64,000 nucleotides of DNA, taken from NCBI GenBank assembly GCA_951406725.2, contig OX597817.1:119660001-119724000 (forward strand). The letters run 5' to 3'. Both the position numbers and the translations under genes were made by a program. The notes under the pieces are model-generated. The model ran no database searches. It was not told the DNA's origin and saw only the letters and a list, made by a program, of their open reading frames with translations. Shown piece by piece: positions 1 through 13,495 of this stretch. Origin of the DNA: Octopus vulgaris. Taxonomy: Eukaryota. Positions within the stretch are counted from its first letter, which is position 1. Every line of letters starts with the position of its first letter.

Positions 1-476
1 CTTTATTAATTCTTTACAAATTGTGCCGAAGTTTTAAACAGCTATTCCAAAATAAGAAACAATAAACCTAATCATTTTCCTTAATTAAATATCATAATGT
101 CCGTTTGAGGAAATTGAAAGGAAAAAAGAGCATTTTCACATGAATATTTTTATTTAAACTGTGTAAATTTCATGTAAATGTAACACATTTAAAAATTTTT
201 TAAATGCTTATGAAGGTCTGTATTCATGAATCTTGTAATATATTTTAAACTTTGAGAGCTTCTGCAAAATTTATATGATATACTAAAATAACATCAGAAA
301 ACTCCTTACTCTCTTTAAACAAAAAACATATTTGAAATTCAAAGCATCAAGAAAAATATTCATCAGAATTAAGATAACGAGATGTAGCAGTTAAATGAGC
401 TGTTGAATCCACTCCCTCCATATCATAGTTTTATCTAAACAGAGCACTAGAATAACTCAACAACACAGTTAATATT

Positions 477-678
477 GGTTTAAAATTTTGACACAAGGTC
501 AGGAAGTTCAAGGGAGGGAATAAGGTAATTACATCAACCCTAGTACTCATCTGGCACTTATTTCATCAGCCTAGAAATGGTGGAAGGCAAAATTAACCTC
601 AGTGAAATTTGAACTCAGAGTGTAAGGATGGAAAAAATGCTGATAAATGTTTTGTCCAGCATGATAACGATTCAGCCT
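477..678 (-). mobile_element. tRNA-derived SINE family B (Meta/MESC-like central domain), decayed copy
   Basis: Reverse complement aligns by eye with the copy at 4087-4300: CTGAGTTCAAAT B-box-like motif, TTTGCCTTCCACC central block, CCTTGTGTCAAAATTT 3' end. Confidence 0.8.
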
Positions 679-750
679 GAACAACATAAATATTACCTAA
701 TAAAATAATCATAAAATGCATAAAAATTATCTTTAAAAAGTAGTATTAAT

Positions 751-1024
751 GTGATCACGTGACCAACCAGGCTATCAGATATTGCTACACATTGCTGGTC
801 ACAATGCGCTTCGCACTGTTTTAGCCTTCAAATGACGCCACCCCGCTGGTTAAGCGAGCAGGCCAACAGAAGAAAGAGTGAGAGAAAGTTGCAGCGAAAG
901 AGTACAGCAGGGAGCTTTAGTTGTTTTCGCTCAATAAACACTCACAACACTCGGTCTGGGAATCGAAACTGCGATCCTTCGACCGCCAGTCTGCTGCCCT
1001 AACCACTGGGCCATTGCACCTCCA
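751..1024 (-). mobile_element. tRNA-derived SINE family C with target-site duplication
   Basis: The - strand begins TGGAGGTGCAATGGCCCAGTGGTTAGGGCAGC (A box) and has GTTTCGATTCCC (B box). CpG-rich body. Flanked by GTATTAA at 743-749 and 1025-1031. Confidence 0.85.
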
Positions 1025-1604
1025 GTATTAACGTAGACTCCTATTATAGCTAAAATTAGAACAGTGATCAGGAAAGTTAGAGATAGGACAGTTTATAATC
1101 CTGCACCATGTGTGTGTGTGTGTGTGGGTGTGTGTGCATGTAAATATATATGTGGGTGTGTGTGCATGTGAATAAACACTGAGCTTTAGTTAACAACTAT
1201 TACTACGAAACCTTTGTAAATGCAAAGGCTAAAAGAGTAAATCCCCAAGAGAAAATCTAGAGTGGAGTCCTAATGCAAATGATCAGACTGTTTATCTTCC
1301 TTTCATCAGCATTTGTAACCAAACGATAACCAAACATTTTGCTTCCACAGTCTTTTTGACAACATTAGTGAGGTTGAAAGAAGATAATGATGTCTGAATA
1401 CTTCAGGTTTTGTATATATATAGGAAAAATTACGTAGTTTCTCCTACATTTGCTCTGTATATCATAACTAGTAATACTTCTATGTATAGTGGTAGCTAAA
1501 TCATGGAAGTGAAGCAGACTGTGTGATGAAAATCTATGTAGAGATCTAAAGCTCAACAGTAGCAGTTGTACATCTATTTGTATGCACAAGATATACTACA
1601 GGTG

Positions 1605-1643
<39 letters not shown>

Positions 1644-2788
1644 TGTATATAGTCATTTAATATTTAACACATTATAATAGCTACATATCCAGAAATTTTA
1701 TTATATTGAAATAATTTCACTGAATCAAAAGATGTAGTTTAATACACAATCACTGGTTCCACCCTCAGCCAAACATACTAACTCATCTTACAGTCTTTTT
1801 ACTTTATATTTATAACTACTATAGTTAATTGCAGGTTAAAACTTAGCATTTTAATTCAATGTTGCTGACCTATCAGTTAGCTAAAAGCTACACTAATTTT
1901 CAATCTATATCTCAAACTTTAGGTGTATGAAATAACAAAAATAAATAGTGTTAATATCTAATATAAAACCTTTCTAAGTAACAGAAGAACTGTTCAATTA
2001 GTGGAATTCATTGGAAGAAAAAAAAATTAATGCAAGCCACAGAATTATATTTAGAAATAGAATTCTGCTCTATTCCGTGAATAAATAAGCACACAAGAAT
2101 TTGCAGATAAAATCAGTAAATAAATGCAGATAATTATCAAGAAACCTTTCCATTTTGGCAGGCAAGAAGACTGGAACAAAGAAAATAAGTAGATAATTTG
2201 TAATATAATTGTCATGTTCAAGTATTCAAATCTTTAAAAAATATAAAGAAATTTTAGCAAAACGGGACATTTGTTATAATTCTAATAATAAAAAAAAAAG
2301 GGTGTTGCATTCTTATTACTCCTATTTCTTTTGATTATGTTTACTTAATGCTATTTACATATTTTAAATTTTGTTCTTGAGAAAACTTTATTTTTGCTTT
2401 AAGCAATCAATCAATTTTGAAGTTTATATATCACTTGAGACTTGTTTATCAAAATAATTTCTTAAAAACTAAGGTGGCTTTCATCATGAAAATAAGTAAC
2501 CTAATTTAAAGTAGTGATAATAGAAGAGAAGACTAAACTAATTTAATGAAGTAATCTAACTATTATCATTAACCAACAAAACAGATTCACTCTCTGTAGA
2601 CATGTGGATATAGCTTTGTCTTATGTCTCCTTTAACCAGGAGTCAACTAATTTTGAATCATACATCTATGGTATTTCTTGATTTACATCCCAACAATACA
2701 ATACACTACAATATAGCTCATCCAACCCTAAAGTAGCAGAAGCTAAATCCCAAACCCCAAATTTCCTCTTTGAAATAGTAAATAATTT

Positions 2789-2835
2789 CAGTTGAAGCAG
2801 TTTTGAAATGTATACAGTTGAAGCAGTTTTGAAAT
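2789..2835. repeat. 26-bp-period tandem duplication (CAGTTGAAGCAGTTTTGAAAT x2)
   Basis: Direct repeat starting at 2789 and 2815. Confidence 0.9.
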
Positions 2836-2879
2836 TCAGATCATTGTGGTTAACATTACTGCATGTAGAAATCTTTAAA

Positions 2880-3500
2880 AAAATGTTTTATTCTGTCAGA
2901 TAGATGTAATTTTTGACACTGAATCCAAATTTGTTATTCATTTATTCCAGAAAAATTTTGTGAAAATGTTACAGGTGTTCAAAGTTGATAATTGTCAGAA
3001 TTTACAGCCAATCAGGAAACAGCATGTTCACTGCCTCTTCCATCATTTGTCACAGTAGTGATTTGAATTTATAAATTCAATGCTACGGTTCACAGTTTTC
3101 TGTTTGAAATCATAGCCCACGATTTCTGGGATATGATTATAAGATTGCTACAGGTCACTGAAGATAGTGGGTACTGGAAGAACTGAGTGTTGCATGCAGG
3201 ACTTGTTTACACTCCTTGTGTACATACGGAATATCTTTGGTTACTATAGAAACAAAGTTCTTTGCAATCAGCTATCAAACATGTGGTGCTTCTTTGCATA
3301 CTATGCTAACAGAACTTCCTGGTGATGTGAAAAAATACTCGCTTCTGATTGGCTAAAATACCCAAATTTTGGAAAGTTTAAAGGCTAATAACTTTTTAAT
3401 TATGAATTTATAGGGAAAATGAATTTCATTTTCATAATTAGTATACAAAACTTAATCCATATGCCAAATTTGAAAACAATTGGAACAAAATTGTAGACAG
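2880..3500. mobile_element. Probable decayed non-autonomous DNA element, class unresolved
   Basis: Inverted AGCCAATCAG / CTGATTGGCT motifs near 3006 and 3345, and a TGCCAAATTTGAAAACAATTGG block of the kind seen in invertebrate non-autonomous elements. Termini not resolved. Confidence 0.35.
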
Positions 3501-4086
3501 TGATGATAACCACAAAGCTCCCTCAATTCTAACAACAATAATATACATAGAGATTTCTCAACTGAAGTTGTACAAACTTACAGAAAGCACAGAACAATGT
3601 CTTTACTGGCTTCTCATAAAGAAATGAAGATGAAACCATTTCATATAAAGTCTTATTGTACAAGAAGCAGTATAGGATCAGTGCCCAGGTAACTACATAC
3701 TTTTGAACTGAATTTAAACAAGACCTTCATTTGGTGAAAGTAATTATATTGAAGGTAGGTATAGGCTATTTTATCTTTGAACCAGTGACATTATTACTAA
3801 TCTAGCAAATGAAGAGGAACTGCTGTCAGAATTATTATTAATACACACAAAAGAGAATTAAAAATTATTCCACAGAGAAATTATTCAAAACAAAACAAAT
3901 AACAATTAAAAAATCTACATCAACAGAAGAAATAAATCATACATCAAAAAATGTCTATGAATTAATTCCTCATATAATAATACATCACAGATTACACATC
4001 TGAATAATATTCTGCTGCTGTTCAAAGTCAAAGTCAGTCATTTGTCTACTTGCTTCAACAATGATTGTATTATTATCTTAGCTTTA

Positions 4087-4300
4087 AAGGTAGCGAGCTA
4101 GCACAATTGTTAGCATGCCAGACAAAATGTTTACTGGCATTTCATCTGTCTTTATGTTCTGAGTTCAAATGCTGCCACAGTTGACTTTGCCTTACATCCT
4201 TTTATGATTGATGAAATAAGTACCAAGTTAGCACTGATGTTGCAGTAATTACCTAATACCCTCCTCCCAAACTTCAGGCCTTGTGCCTATAATTAAAAGG
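4087..4300 (+). mobile_element. tRNA-derived SINE family B, full-length, with perfect 15-bp TSD
   Basis: AAGGTAGCGAGCTAGC...GAGTTCAAAT...GACTTTGCCTTACATCCT...AAATAAGTACC...GGCCTTGTGCC. ATTATCTTAGCTTTA occurs at both 4072-4086 and 4301-4315. Confidence 0.9.
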
Positions 4301-7300
4301 ATTATCTTAGCTTTATAAAATACTTGATATTTATCACAATGTTATCAAGAAGAGATCCAGAACCTGTTCATTTAAGCTGCTGTTCTAGTGTTTTTATAGA
4401 TGGTATAATGTTTTGTTCCTGACATTTTATACATATTCTTTTTTGCATGCTGTGATTACTATACTGAATATAAAGAGGCAGCATAATAACTCATTTATGT
4501 TTAAGAAAATCATCCCACTAAACATGACAGGAAACTGCTAAGGTGGCTATAAAAAAGTTTATATTAATGAGAGATCCATAAAAGTTCTTTTTCTAATGAG
4601 AATACTAACAACTCCAGAGTGGTTGTACCAGGAAGATGAGCTGCTTCCCTTGCAGCAGCTAGTTAAAACAGAAGAATAAAAGCCTTGATGAATGACTGGG
4701 AGGGTATTTGAACCATCAAAGAACAAATAAATAATTTTTATGAAAAAATGTTTTTTTTCAAACTTTGAATTGTACTTCAGCTGCGGTAACCAGCCTTTGA
4801 AAATATAATTTTAACTTTTGATACCAAGGTAGTTCAGATAGAATATATTGCCGCAATATGTAACAGTTCTACAGAAGTTTGGAGTATTACACACATCTTT
4901 ATCAGTTGGAAACAGAAGGAAGAATCTGGAATATGCAAGTCTGTAGCATCATAAAGCAGGCTTGTCTAACTAGAATGGATATATTTTAAGTAGAATGCTT
5001 AAACTAACTCAACCAAAATGAAAGCTCTCAAGATCCTTGCAGCTACAGATTAGACTGCCAAAGCCTCATATCCGATATAACAGAAGATAAATTGTAATAA
5101 CAGTAATATACAGAATTCACAGACAGGCTGTAAATACAGTATAAAACATGTTGTTCAGTGAGCAGTAAAACTTTTTATACATGTGGTCTTTTTCCCAAAA
5201 TGTACACATTGACCAACACTTTTCTGGATACAGCTATCAATATATCACAGACCCATAAAAAACAAATCATATCAATTGAAAGAATGTAAATTTTTTTTTA
5301 GAAATAATATATCAACACCAATAGTCCTTTTTTATATCAACAGTGTAGTAAAAGGAAAATGGTTTCTTATGTTTCTCTTTTTGGACTATACACTTTATAA
5401 ACACTGATGTTGTTAGTTATAGGTTTCCAATGTACCAAAGTTTGGTTCATGGGAGTTCTAATGGTCACAGTTTAGGAGAGCATTAGTTTTAAATAAGAAT
5501 TGAATCATATAATGGTGACCCATCCAACCCATGCCAATATAGAAAAGAAATATTAAAAACGGTTATGTAGATGATATATGCAAATATAAATTAACCAGCA
5601 CATGAATATGTATGCACACATGTACCCACAAACATGCATACACATGCATGTATATGCATGCATGTGCACACACACATTTTAGCATATTCTTCCATGTTGA
5701 GAAACAAGTGTATTTATTTCTAAAATAGAGAAAAGCAAATTCTGAATCCTGAAGCTTTATTTTGATTGCTTTCTCAATGCATATTAACTGTACTTAATGC
5801 ATGCAATTTGATAGAATTTTAAGAACTTCTCCAAATCTTCAGCTGCAGGAAAGGATCAGGAAAGCAATTTCTTTCAGTATTTGCTGATTAAAAGATAACA
5901 CTGGATATTATTCTTGCCTTGAACTTTTATTATCTTTAATCTTCATTATTACTATTATTCAATTATTTTTATCATGATAATCATTAATAACACTATTATT
6001 GCAGCAGTAGTAGTAGCAGCAGTAGCAGACACATTAAAAGGTGTATTAGCATCAGAAGCAGTTGAAGGCAAAATTAAATGCTCGATACATTTAGTCTTTT
6101 GCGTATGTAAGCTCTCGGGATGCATACTGCATTAATTCCTCCAGAATTACTGAATTATATACCAGATGTGTATTGAGGAAGCTCAAACAATCCATTTCCA
6201 CCAATGCATTATCAGTCTTATTTTATTACATTATTATTATACTCTCTATCCTTGGCTCAACAAAAATTCCCTCCCTCTCACCCCATGCCAGCATTTTTAT
6301 TACTTCTTCGTATGAAAGGATAATGCTTGTAATCTTCAGTAATAGTTGAAATGATGTTGGATCACTTTGAGAGCCTAAGATTGAATTTAGTTGATCCATT
6401 TAGGCTCATAATGGAGCAAGGAGTAAAATAACCATGAATTAGGCTTATTAGTTCAATGGCTCGTATTTATTTTCTTTTGGAAGAGTGAGAGCCACATTGC
6501 AATCCTAAATCTTTTAGAAAGTTCAGCATACAACCAAGGACAGAAATGGACAACAAAATTAAAAAGGGAAGAGAGTACTTATCTTTAAACAATTAAAATA
6601 AAAAACAAAAAGCAAACAAAAAAAGTATTACAATGGATCATCGTGTTTTTATCAAAGGAAATACACACACATGCACACCCATTTCTACCTTCTAGCTCAG
6701 ATTTTATCAAATTCCATCATACTTAGTTGCAAGACTAGATAGTTGTTTGAATACTACATGGTTCTTTGAACACAATGTGGCTGCTATAATATATAATCAC
6801 TGAAGCATCAACCGATTATGTGGTTTGTTGGATACAGTTTTATTTCACCCATTTTATGCATTCTAACCTTAGGCTCTGTCATAGCTATTTTATTATTTCA
6901 TATTTCATGTTTAAAGTTATTTAGTTTTCATAATTTAGTTTATGTTTAATAGCATACTTTATAACATTACTACCTTGCCTTTTTTTTCTTGTAAGCAATC
7001 TAACATAGAGCAATATAGAAAATCCAAAATGGATAATGTGTCACTCTATAGACTTTTGCATCATAAATTTATATTCAAACAAGGTTGCAAAATTGCATTC
7101 TTGAAGACATCACTTAATTTCATCTGCTTCAAATTGCTTTATTGGAAATTAAGCACAAACAGATGAGAAACTTAGTGAGAAAGCAGCAATGTGGTTAGTT
7201 AATTTGACAATTGGTTTATTGACTTAGTTCAAATTCTTACAATGCTAGTCTCATTCTGTAATGAATAAGAAAAATACCTTTTTTTTTTCTTTTTTTGTCA

Positions 7301-8959
7301 AGAACCCAATCAACCACTAAACAGCCTTGAACATAGGAAAAATTTATAATGGAACAATTGCTACAAAGAGACGTCTAATGGGATCATAAAGCTGAATTTA
7401 AGTAAACTAAATAATTATGAAGATTTATAAAGATGATGGAAATATTTTGTGGTTGGCAGAGTATTTATTATCTTTTCCTAGGTTAGTCGATATATAAAGA
7501 ATTACAAAAACTACATGTATGATTAAATATAAAATTAAAATCCCTGATGCTTTAAGCCCTTAAACCATAAGAATAAACAACTTGTGAAATATTAAATTTT
7601 GTTTTCTTACTTTCACTTTCGTATGTTTTATCATGTAAATAAGTAGAAAATGGGACTTTACTATCTGCTGTATATTGCTCCATGTGCCCATGAGATAAAG
7701 CTATGTAAATATAATTTACTACTTATTGAGCTAGATAAGCTAGGTCACTGAAGGCATTTTAATACCAGCTTACGGATGCTATCGTTGTAACTTCTATTTC
7801 ACTCACAGATTACATTATATAAGGAAGGGGGGAAAATCAATATTCTCTTCAGACATCCATTCTTAACTTTCCTAACAAGTTCCTTGACAAGCAAAATAAG
7901 ATAAAAACTTGTGCTTTCTATTCCAGTTGTTAGGAGTTTATGTTATGTCAGCTTGAATATTTCAACTTTTAGCAAGTAACTTGCCGTATTAAGATAAAAA
8001 AAAGGAAAAGACATGTAATGTCAGCTGCAGAGCTGAAACGACTAATAAGAATATTTTGAATGAATAATTAGGCTTTGCTTTTACTTCAAATTATAAATAA
8101 ATAAATATCTTTAATGAACAAAATCACAAGTAATAAATCTAAGATTAGAAAGTATATCATATTTTTATGAATCCTAGACTACAAATTTACAACGGAATTA
8201 TGGGGCAATCCATTCCAATCAATGAAGCTAATACATAACATAGTTCTTTGTCTAAGGAGTACATAACAGGCAGGAGAATTCCTTCCTTACCATTGTGTCA
8301 CACACTGATATAAGACAAACATACCAAAACATATCTGTATTATTAAGAATATAACAAAACAGTTATACAATGCTTGAAGCCTTTAACAATTTAGCAACTG
8401 TCTCATATCAAGTATCAGTTTTGTTTATTTTTGAAAAAAATGTTTTATTTCAATAATGAAAAATTTTTATGGCTATTTTCTTAATAGTTTTAAAGGTTTT
8501 AATTATAAGAGACAAACCTAAAGATTACAAGATTATAAATTTTGTTACAGCCATTGTTAAACTTCAATGAATTAGAAGCCTCATAAATTATATTACAAAT
8601 ACTTACAATCAATGAGCTGAATAACCTAAATGCAGAAATACGATGACATAGGAGAGTAAAATTCAAAAGATATTTATTTTCTGACTTCAAAAGTTTACCG
8701 AACTTCTTTTTATAAAACTGTCATGATAAGAGACTCAAAATAGGATTTAGTGCCATAAGAAGGTGTCTTTACATTGAAGTGATGCTATCAAATGTTTATA
8801 TTTTTAAAATCTTGATCTAAAGGAAGGGACTATATAAATGGCTACAGTAGGGCTTATCAGATCAGTGGAACAGATATGATTGATGGTTTTCTTGAACAAG
8901 TGTTATTTGACAACTGCAAAAAAAAAAAAAAAAAAAAAGCAAAGAGAGAATTTCAGAGA

Positions 8960-9365
8960 GATGACACTTTGGTGGAGGAAAAAATAGGTAGTGTGATTCA
9001 TTTAGTATATGGAGGAGGAAAATAAGGGTAATGAGAAGAGGAGAGATAAGCAAGATGGGTAGGCCTGAAAGGATGTGGTCAGAAACCAGCCATTTATAAG
9101 AAGCGGAAGCCTCTGTAGTACAAGAGGTAGAATGAAGAAGCAGCACATCTAAGGGAGAGAGAGAGAGGTTGCAGTGTGCTGTTGATTGATTTCATGTCAA
9201 TCAATTAGGTGAGCATTTTGGGAATGAGGTCAAACATGTCTTAAGTGTATTAATAACACTGACCCCAATATGGCTGCACTATTCTAGTACAGGTCACACT
9301 TGAATTTTGTATAAGGTTACTAACAGTTAAGAACTGGAGTTTTGAAGGAATATTTAAGGGATTTT
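8960..9365 (-). pseudogene. Decayed CR1/Jockey-group LINE fragment (post-RT C-terminal region)
   Basis: The - strand translates LLVTLYKIQV*PVLE*CSHIG, matching the LYKAxVRPxLEYCSxVW motif of CR1-like ORF2, with stops. Confidence 0.65.
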
Positions 9366-9829
9366 TTTTTCCTTTTTTCTTTCCGAAAAGAGAAAGTCAG
9401 ACTTTGTGATTTAGTTTTGCAATGTAAGCAATGCAAGAACAACAGAAAAGATAAAAAAGTATTTAAGGCAGCTTTCAGTGTTCTAATAATGTATTATTCA
9501 TTAGAGCTGGTTCGATACAAGATTGTTTCCTTGATAAACATAGTTATTGTGTCTTTGCAAATTTGACTGGGATAAGATTGACTTGACTACTATTTATATA
9601 TAAGAAAATAAAAACCATATTAATATTAATATCAGTTGAAGCATGTAATTTGCTTTTTGTAAATGTTTTTATAAGGCATTGAAATAAAAAAACATAATTG
9701 ATATGGCTGATATTCATCTATATTTAATTCCCATGGTTTTTCAAGACCATAAGAAATTAGATTTATAGGATCATGCTTGGATAATGAAAACAAATCAAAT
9801 AGAAACCAAGTACATAGCATCATCATTGT

Positions 9830-10235
9830 TTATCTACATCATTGTTTTAACATCTACTTTTCCATACTTGCATGGGTCACAGAAAATTCAGCAAGGCAGG
9901 TTTTCTTTGGCCAGATGTTTTTCCAGTTGCCAATCCACACCTGTTTCCAAGCAAGATAGTTTTGGATGTTTCCGTGGGGACACCACTTCTAATGAGAGTG
10001 ATGTTCGTTTATAATGATACTATGATGTCAAGATAAGAAAACACAAATGTATACTCATATACACATACGCATGTGTATGTGTGTATATCATCATCATTTT
10101 TAATGCTGGTATGGGTTAGATGGTTTGACAGAGCTAGTAAGGCACTGGTCAGCTCAAGCTTAGTGTAAAAGACACTTATTTAAGAGGTGCCATACAGTGG
10201 GATTGAACCTGAAGTCATTTGGATGCACCAAGTAC
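9830..10235 (-). mobile_element. Decayed composite SINE (family A-like head, RTE-type tail)
   Basis: CATCAT...TTTTCCATACTTGCATGGGTCA tail at left, and head remnant GACACTT...GGTGCCATACAGTGGGATTGAACC at 10171-10210. A related copy lies at 58555-59060. Confidence 0.6.
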
Positions 10236-11689
10236 AGAACATTTAACAAATAATAATGGTAGTAAAAAGAGGATAATATGAGCAAGGCTGATAAAACTGA
10301 TACAAAAAATAAAAAGACAGAGTAGAGTATGGTTGATGAATTGATGCCAAAAATATATAGGACAAGAATTGAAGAATAGACTTGTAATGCAAAAATATCA
10401 AAATAGTCAAGTATAAAAAAGAAATGACTGTAAGAGAAATTTTCTGTCTCCATTTATAGATTTTGGAGATCACAGCAATAGTTAATAATGTATTAAATTA
10501 TGGTAATAACATAATAATTTCTTATGATAAATTAATTATATCTGACAACAACAACAACAATTAAATGAAAAGACATAGTCGATAAAAATAATAGAAGTAT
10601 GCTGGAATTTCGATTAATCACATTAAAAAAAAAAGGAGTTTGAATTGCTTTGTAAATATGTCATTGTCTTTGAAACAAAGAGGGAAACATTCTATAAAAC
10701 AATGTAACACTAATTCAAATATAAAAGAAAGAAAATATAAAGCAATTCCCTAAAAACTGCCCACGTTAAAAGGCCTTTTCTGAAGGCAACTCTGTTCCTT
10801 TTGGAAAAATAAAAAAACTGCTTCCAATTATTAAGATTTAATTATTTTAATTCTAACATTACAAACAATCATTGTACAATGAACCAAGATATTTCTGATT
10901 GAAACAGGAGGAATTTTTCAAATTCTTCCAGCAACTGCCACCTGTGACCATTATATTCGTTTCTTTTCAAATTGCAGAAATATACTAAAGTTCAAGGAAA
11001 TGAAATTTTGTTAAAATACTGAGAATGGCACAAAAGCTGAAACCCACACATGATTTTTAAAACAAAAGACTATAATATCATATTAATCAATCAGTTCCTT
11101 CAGAAATAAAGAATTGGATATGATCAATAATTGGGTTTCAACACTGAATAACCAATCAGTTAGCTTTGGTTGAAACATTTACTTTGATTTTTATGCTGCT
11201 TTTCTCTAGTTATAATTTTTCCATTAACTTCCAGAAGCAAAAACAGATATGAATACTCCATAACATTTATTTTATATTGCTCTCATACTCCAAAGCAACA
11301 AATTAGTTATTCATTTAATATGTCAATGGAAATATACTGACTTTGGTACAAACAACAGTATGCTATAAACCAATGAAAACATTCTGGATATCACATCAGA
11401 CACCAAGAGTACACACACACAATTTCCCAAAGCCAGTGTACATAAATTAGAACAATATATCATAGAATTCTGGAAGCATAAACTATAGAAGATTTCTGAT
11501 ACAATTACATGTGCAACTATTCAACCACATTAGAAATCTGCAGACTATAACACCTATGAAAACCATTCTAAATCCATTGTTTCACCTGTCTGATCAAGAC
11601 AAAATAAACAAGGTGTAAAACAGAAAACACAGAGAAGCTCCAACTAATAACTAGCTCAAGTCTGTATTGAAACATTTGTGAAGAAGAAA

Positions 11690-11890
11690 TGATGATGAGA
11701 AGAAGGGGGAGGAGGAGAGATGATGATTAAGATGAGATAGTGGTGGTGGCGGAGAAGGAGTGGATGATGACGATGATTTTAACAATGACAAAGATGTTGA
11801 GGTGGATGACGATGATGACAACAATGACAAAAGTGTTGATGAAGACAAATAATGATAATGTCAAAGATGATGATGATGATGATGATGATG
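11690..11890. repeat. Degenerate (GAT/GAC)n microsatellite
   Basis: Visible trinucleotide repeat; accounts for ORFs 11651-11848 and 11740-11925. Confidence 0.9.
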
Positions 11891-12182
11891 AAATTAATAA
11901 TTTTTTGTTAAAACAAGCAATATAGATTTTTCTTTTAATTGATCCATTTTTAACTATTTCTTTATTACCAATCTAAAACTGAAGTATAAAAGGTTTTATA
12001 AACCCTTTTCAGTTTCTTAAAAATCTTAAATCCAATAAAGATATTCAAAGAAGAACAAAATGAAGGACTTTCTATGTTTATAATGAAAATATAAAAACTC
12101 AACAACTATTTCCACAATATTAATATTTCAGGAATAACTAGCCAATATGTTATATCACATGAAAATGAAAATGGTAAAAAAC

Positions 12183-12472
12183 GGTAAGCCTTTCATTGCA
12201 AAATTAAGAATTAGACAGATATTGGTATAGCCCCAATTTTGGCTTTCTGCTTTCTGACGATCATGATAGCTGATCCATTTAGTAACTTTTAAGGATGAAA
12301 GAGCCAATGGAAAATATGAGAAAAAGCAAACTCTTTACTAACCACAAAGATATAGGTGTTAGCTAAGATAAATTTTATCTTGGATATCTATCAGGGGGAA
12401 TGAATCAGTTCATAGCACATTTCTTATTTACTGACACTATATATAGTTTTTGCTCGAACAGCCTCAGAGTCA

Positions 12473-12524
<52 letters not shown>

Positions 12525-13300
12525 TAATCCTGCAAGGCCAATCAACCATGGAGTAAAACAGAAATGCTGGCAGAAGGTATCTGTTGATTTTGATAAACCA
12601 TTTAGAAATGAATTGCTCACTAACCTCTTCAACTTTCTAATGCTTCATTGTCAATGCTTTTACCATTTCCTACTTTCTAACAGTATCTTCACATTTACTG
12701 TTAAAGAATCTAATATGAATGATTCTACATTCAAATGAAAGGTTGTAAATCCTATTAGTGTTTCTTTGTCTTATATATAGATATGGCTGTGTGTGTATGT
12801 ATGTATACACTCTCACACAAACAGTACACCCATACAGACTTACAATGTGCTTCTATCACTACTTTATCCAGAAGATGAGGTCAAGTGGTCTTGAAACATT
12901 AATGGACGTGGGTCTGAACTAAATGACTAATGAAAAAAAAATATGAAAAAAATCATTCATAAAAAGACTAAGCTCAAACAATGTTGTGTCTTTAATACAT
13001 TTCTGGAAGGAATTATATTCCTACATATATAATTAAAGGCACACATAAATATACATTACCTGGGACAGATTTTGAAGTCTGTGCCAAATGGGAATAAGTT
13101 GCAAGACCCTGGCTGAACCCTCCTTCGAAAATAGTTTGCTTTTTCTCATATTTTCCCTTTGTACCTGTACCCTTAATAGTTACTAAATGGATTATCTTTC
13201 ATGATCATCAGAATGCAGAAAGCACGAATTAGGGGTATACCAAAAGCTGGAAAATCTACCATAACTGTCTAATCATTCATTACACAGTGAAAGGTTTACC
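12183..13300. repeat. Imperfect inverted repeat, arms 12183-12332 and 13133-13300
   Basis: Perfect complementary blocks of 24 bp (12309-12332 / 13133-13156) and 15 bp (12273-12287 / 13178-13192), with further matches out to 12183 and 13300. Confidence 0.9.
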
Positions 13301-13384
13301 ATGGAGTCATGGGAGATAGTAACTGATCTCTCACAACACTCTTATACTGCAGTATAGTTGACTGTAAGAGTGGAAGAGCAGTGG

Positions 13385-13495
13385 GGGAAGGGGGAAATCG
13401 ATTTCCAGTATTTGATTGGTATTTTATTTATATACTCCAGGAAAATGAAAGACAAAGTTAACCATGATGGAATTTGAACTCAGAAACCAAAGAAC
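13385..13495 (-). mobile_element. SINE family B partial copy
   Basis: GAAAATGAAAGACAAAGTTAACC...GGAATTTGAACTCAGAA matches the other copies. Confidence 0.7.

Noticed and set aside
4610-4680. Exon-like patch with a strong - strand acceptor
   Set aside because: Weak donor and several equally plausible frames on both strands; no call can be supported.
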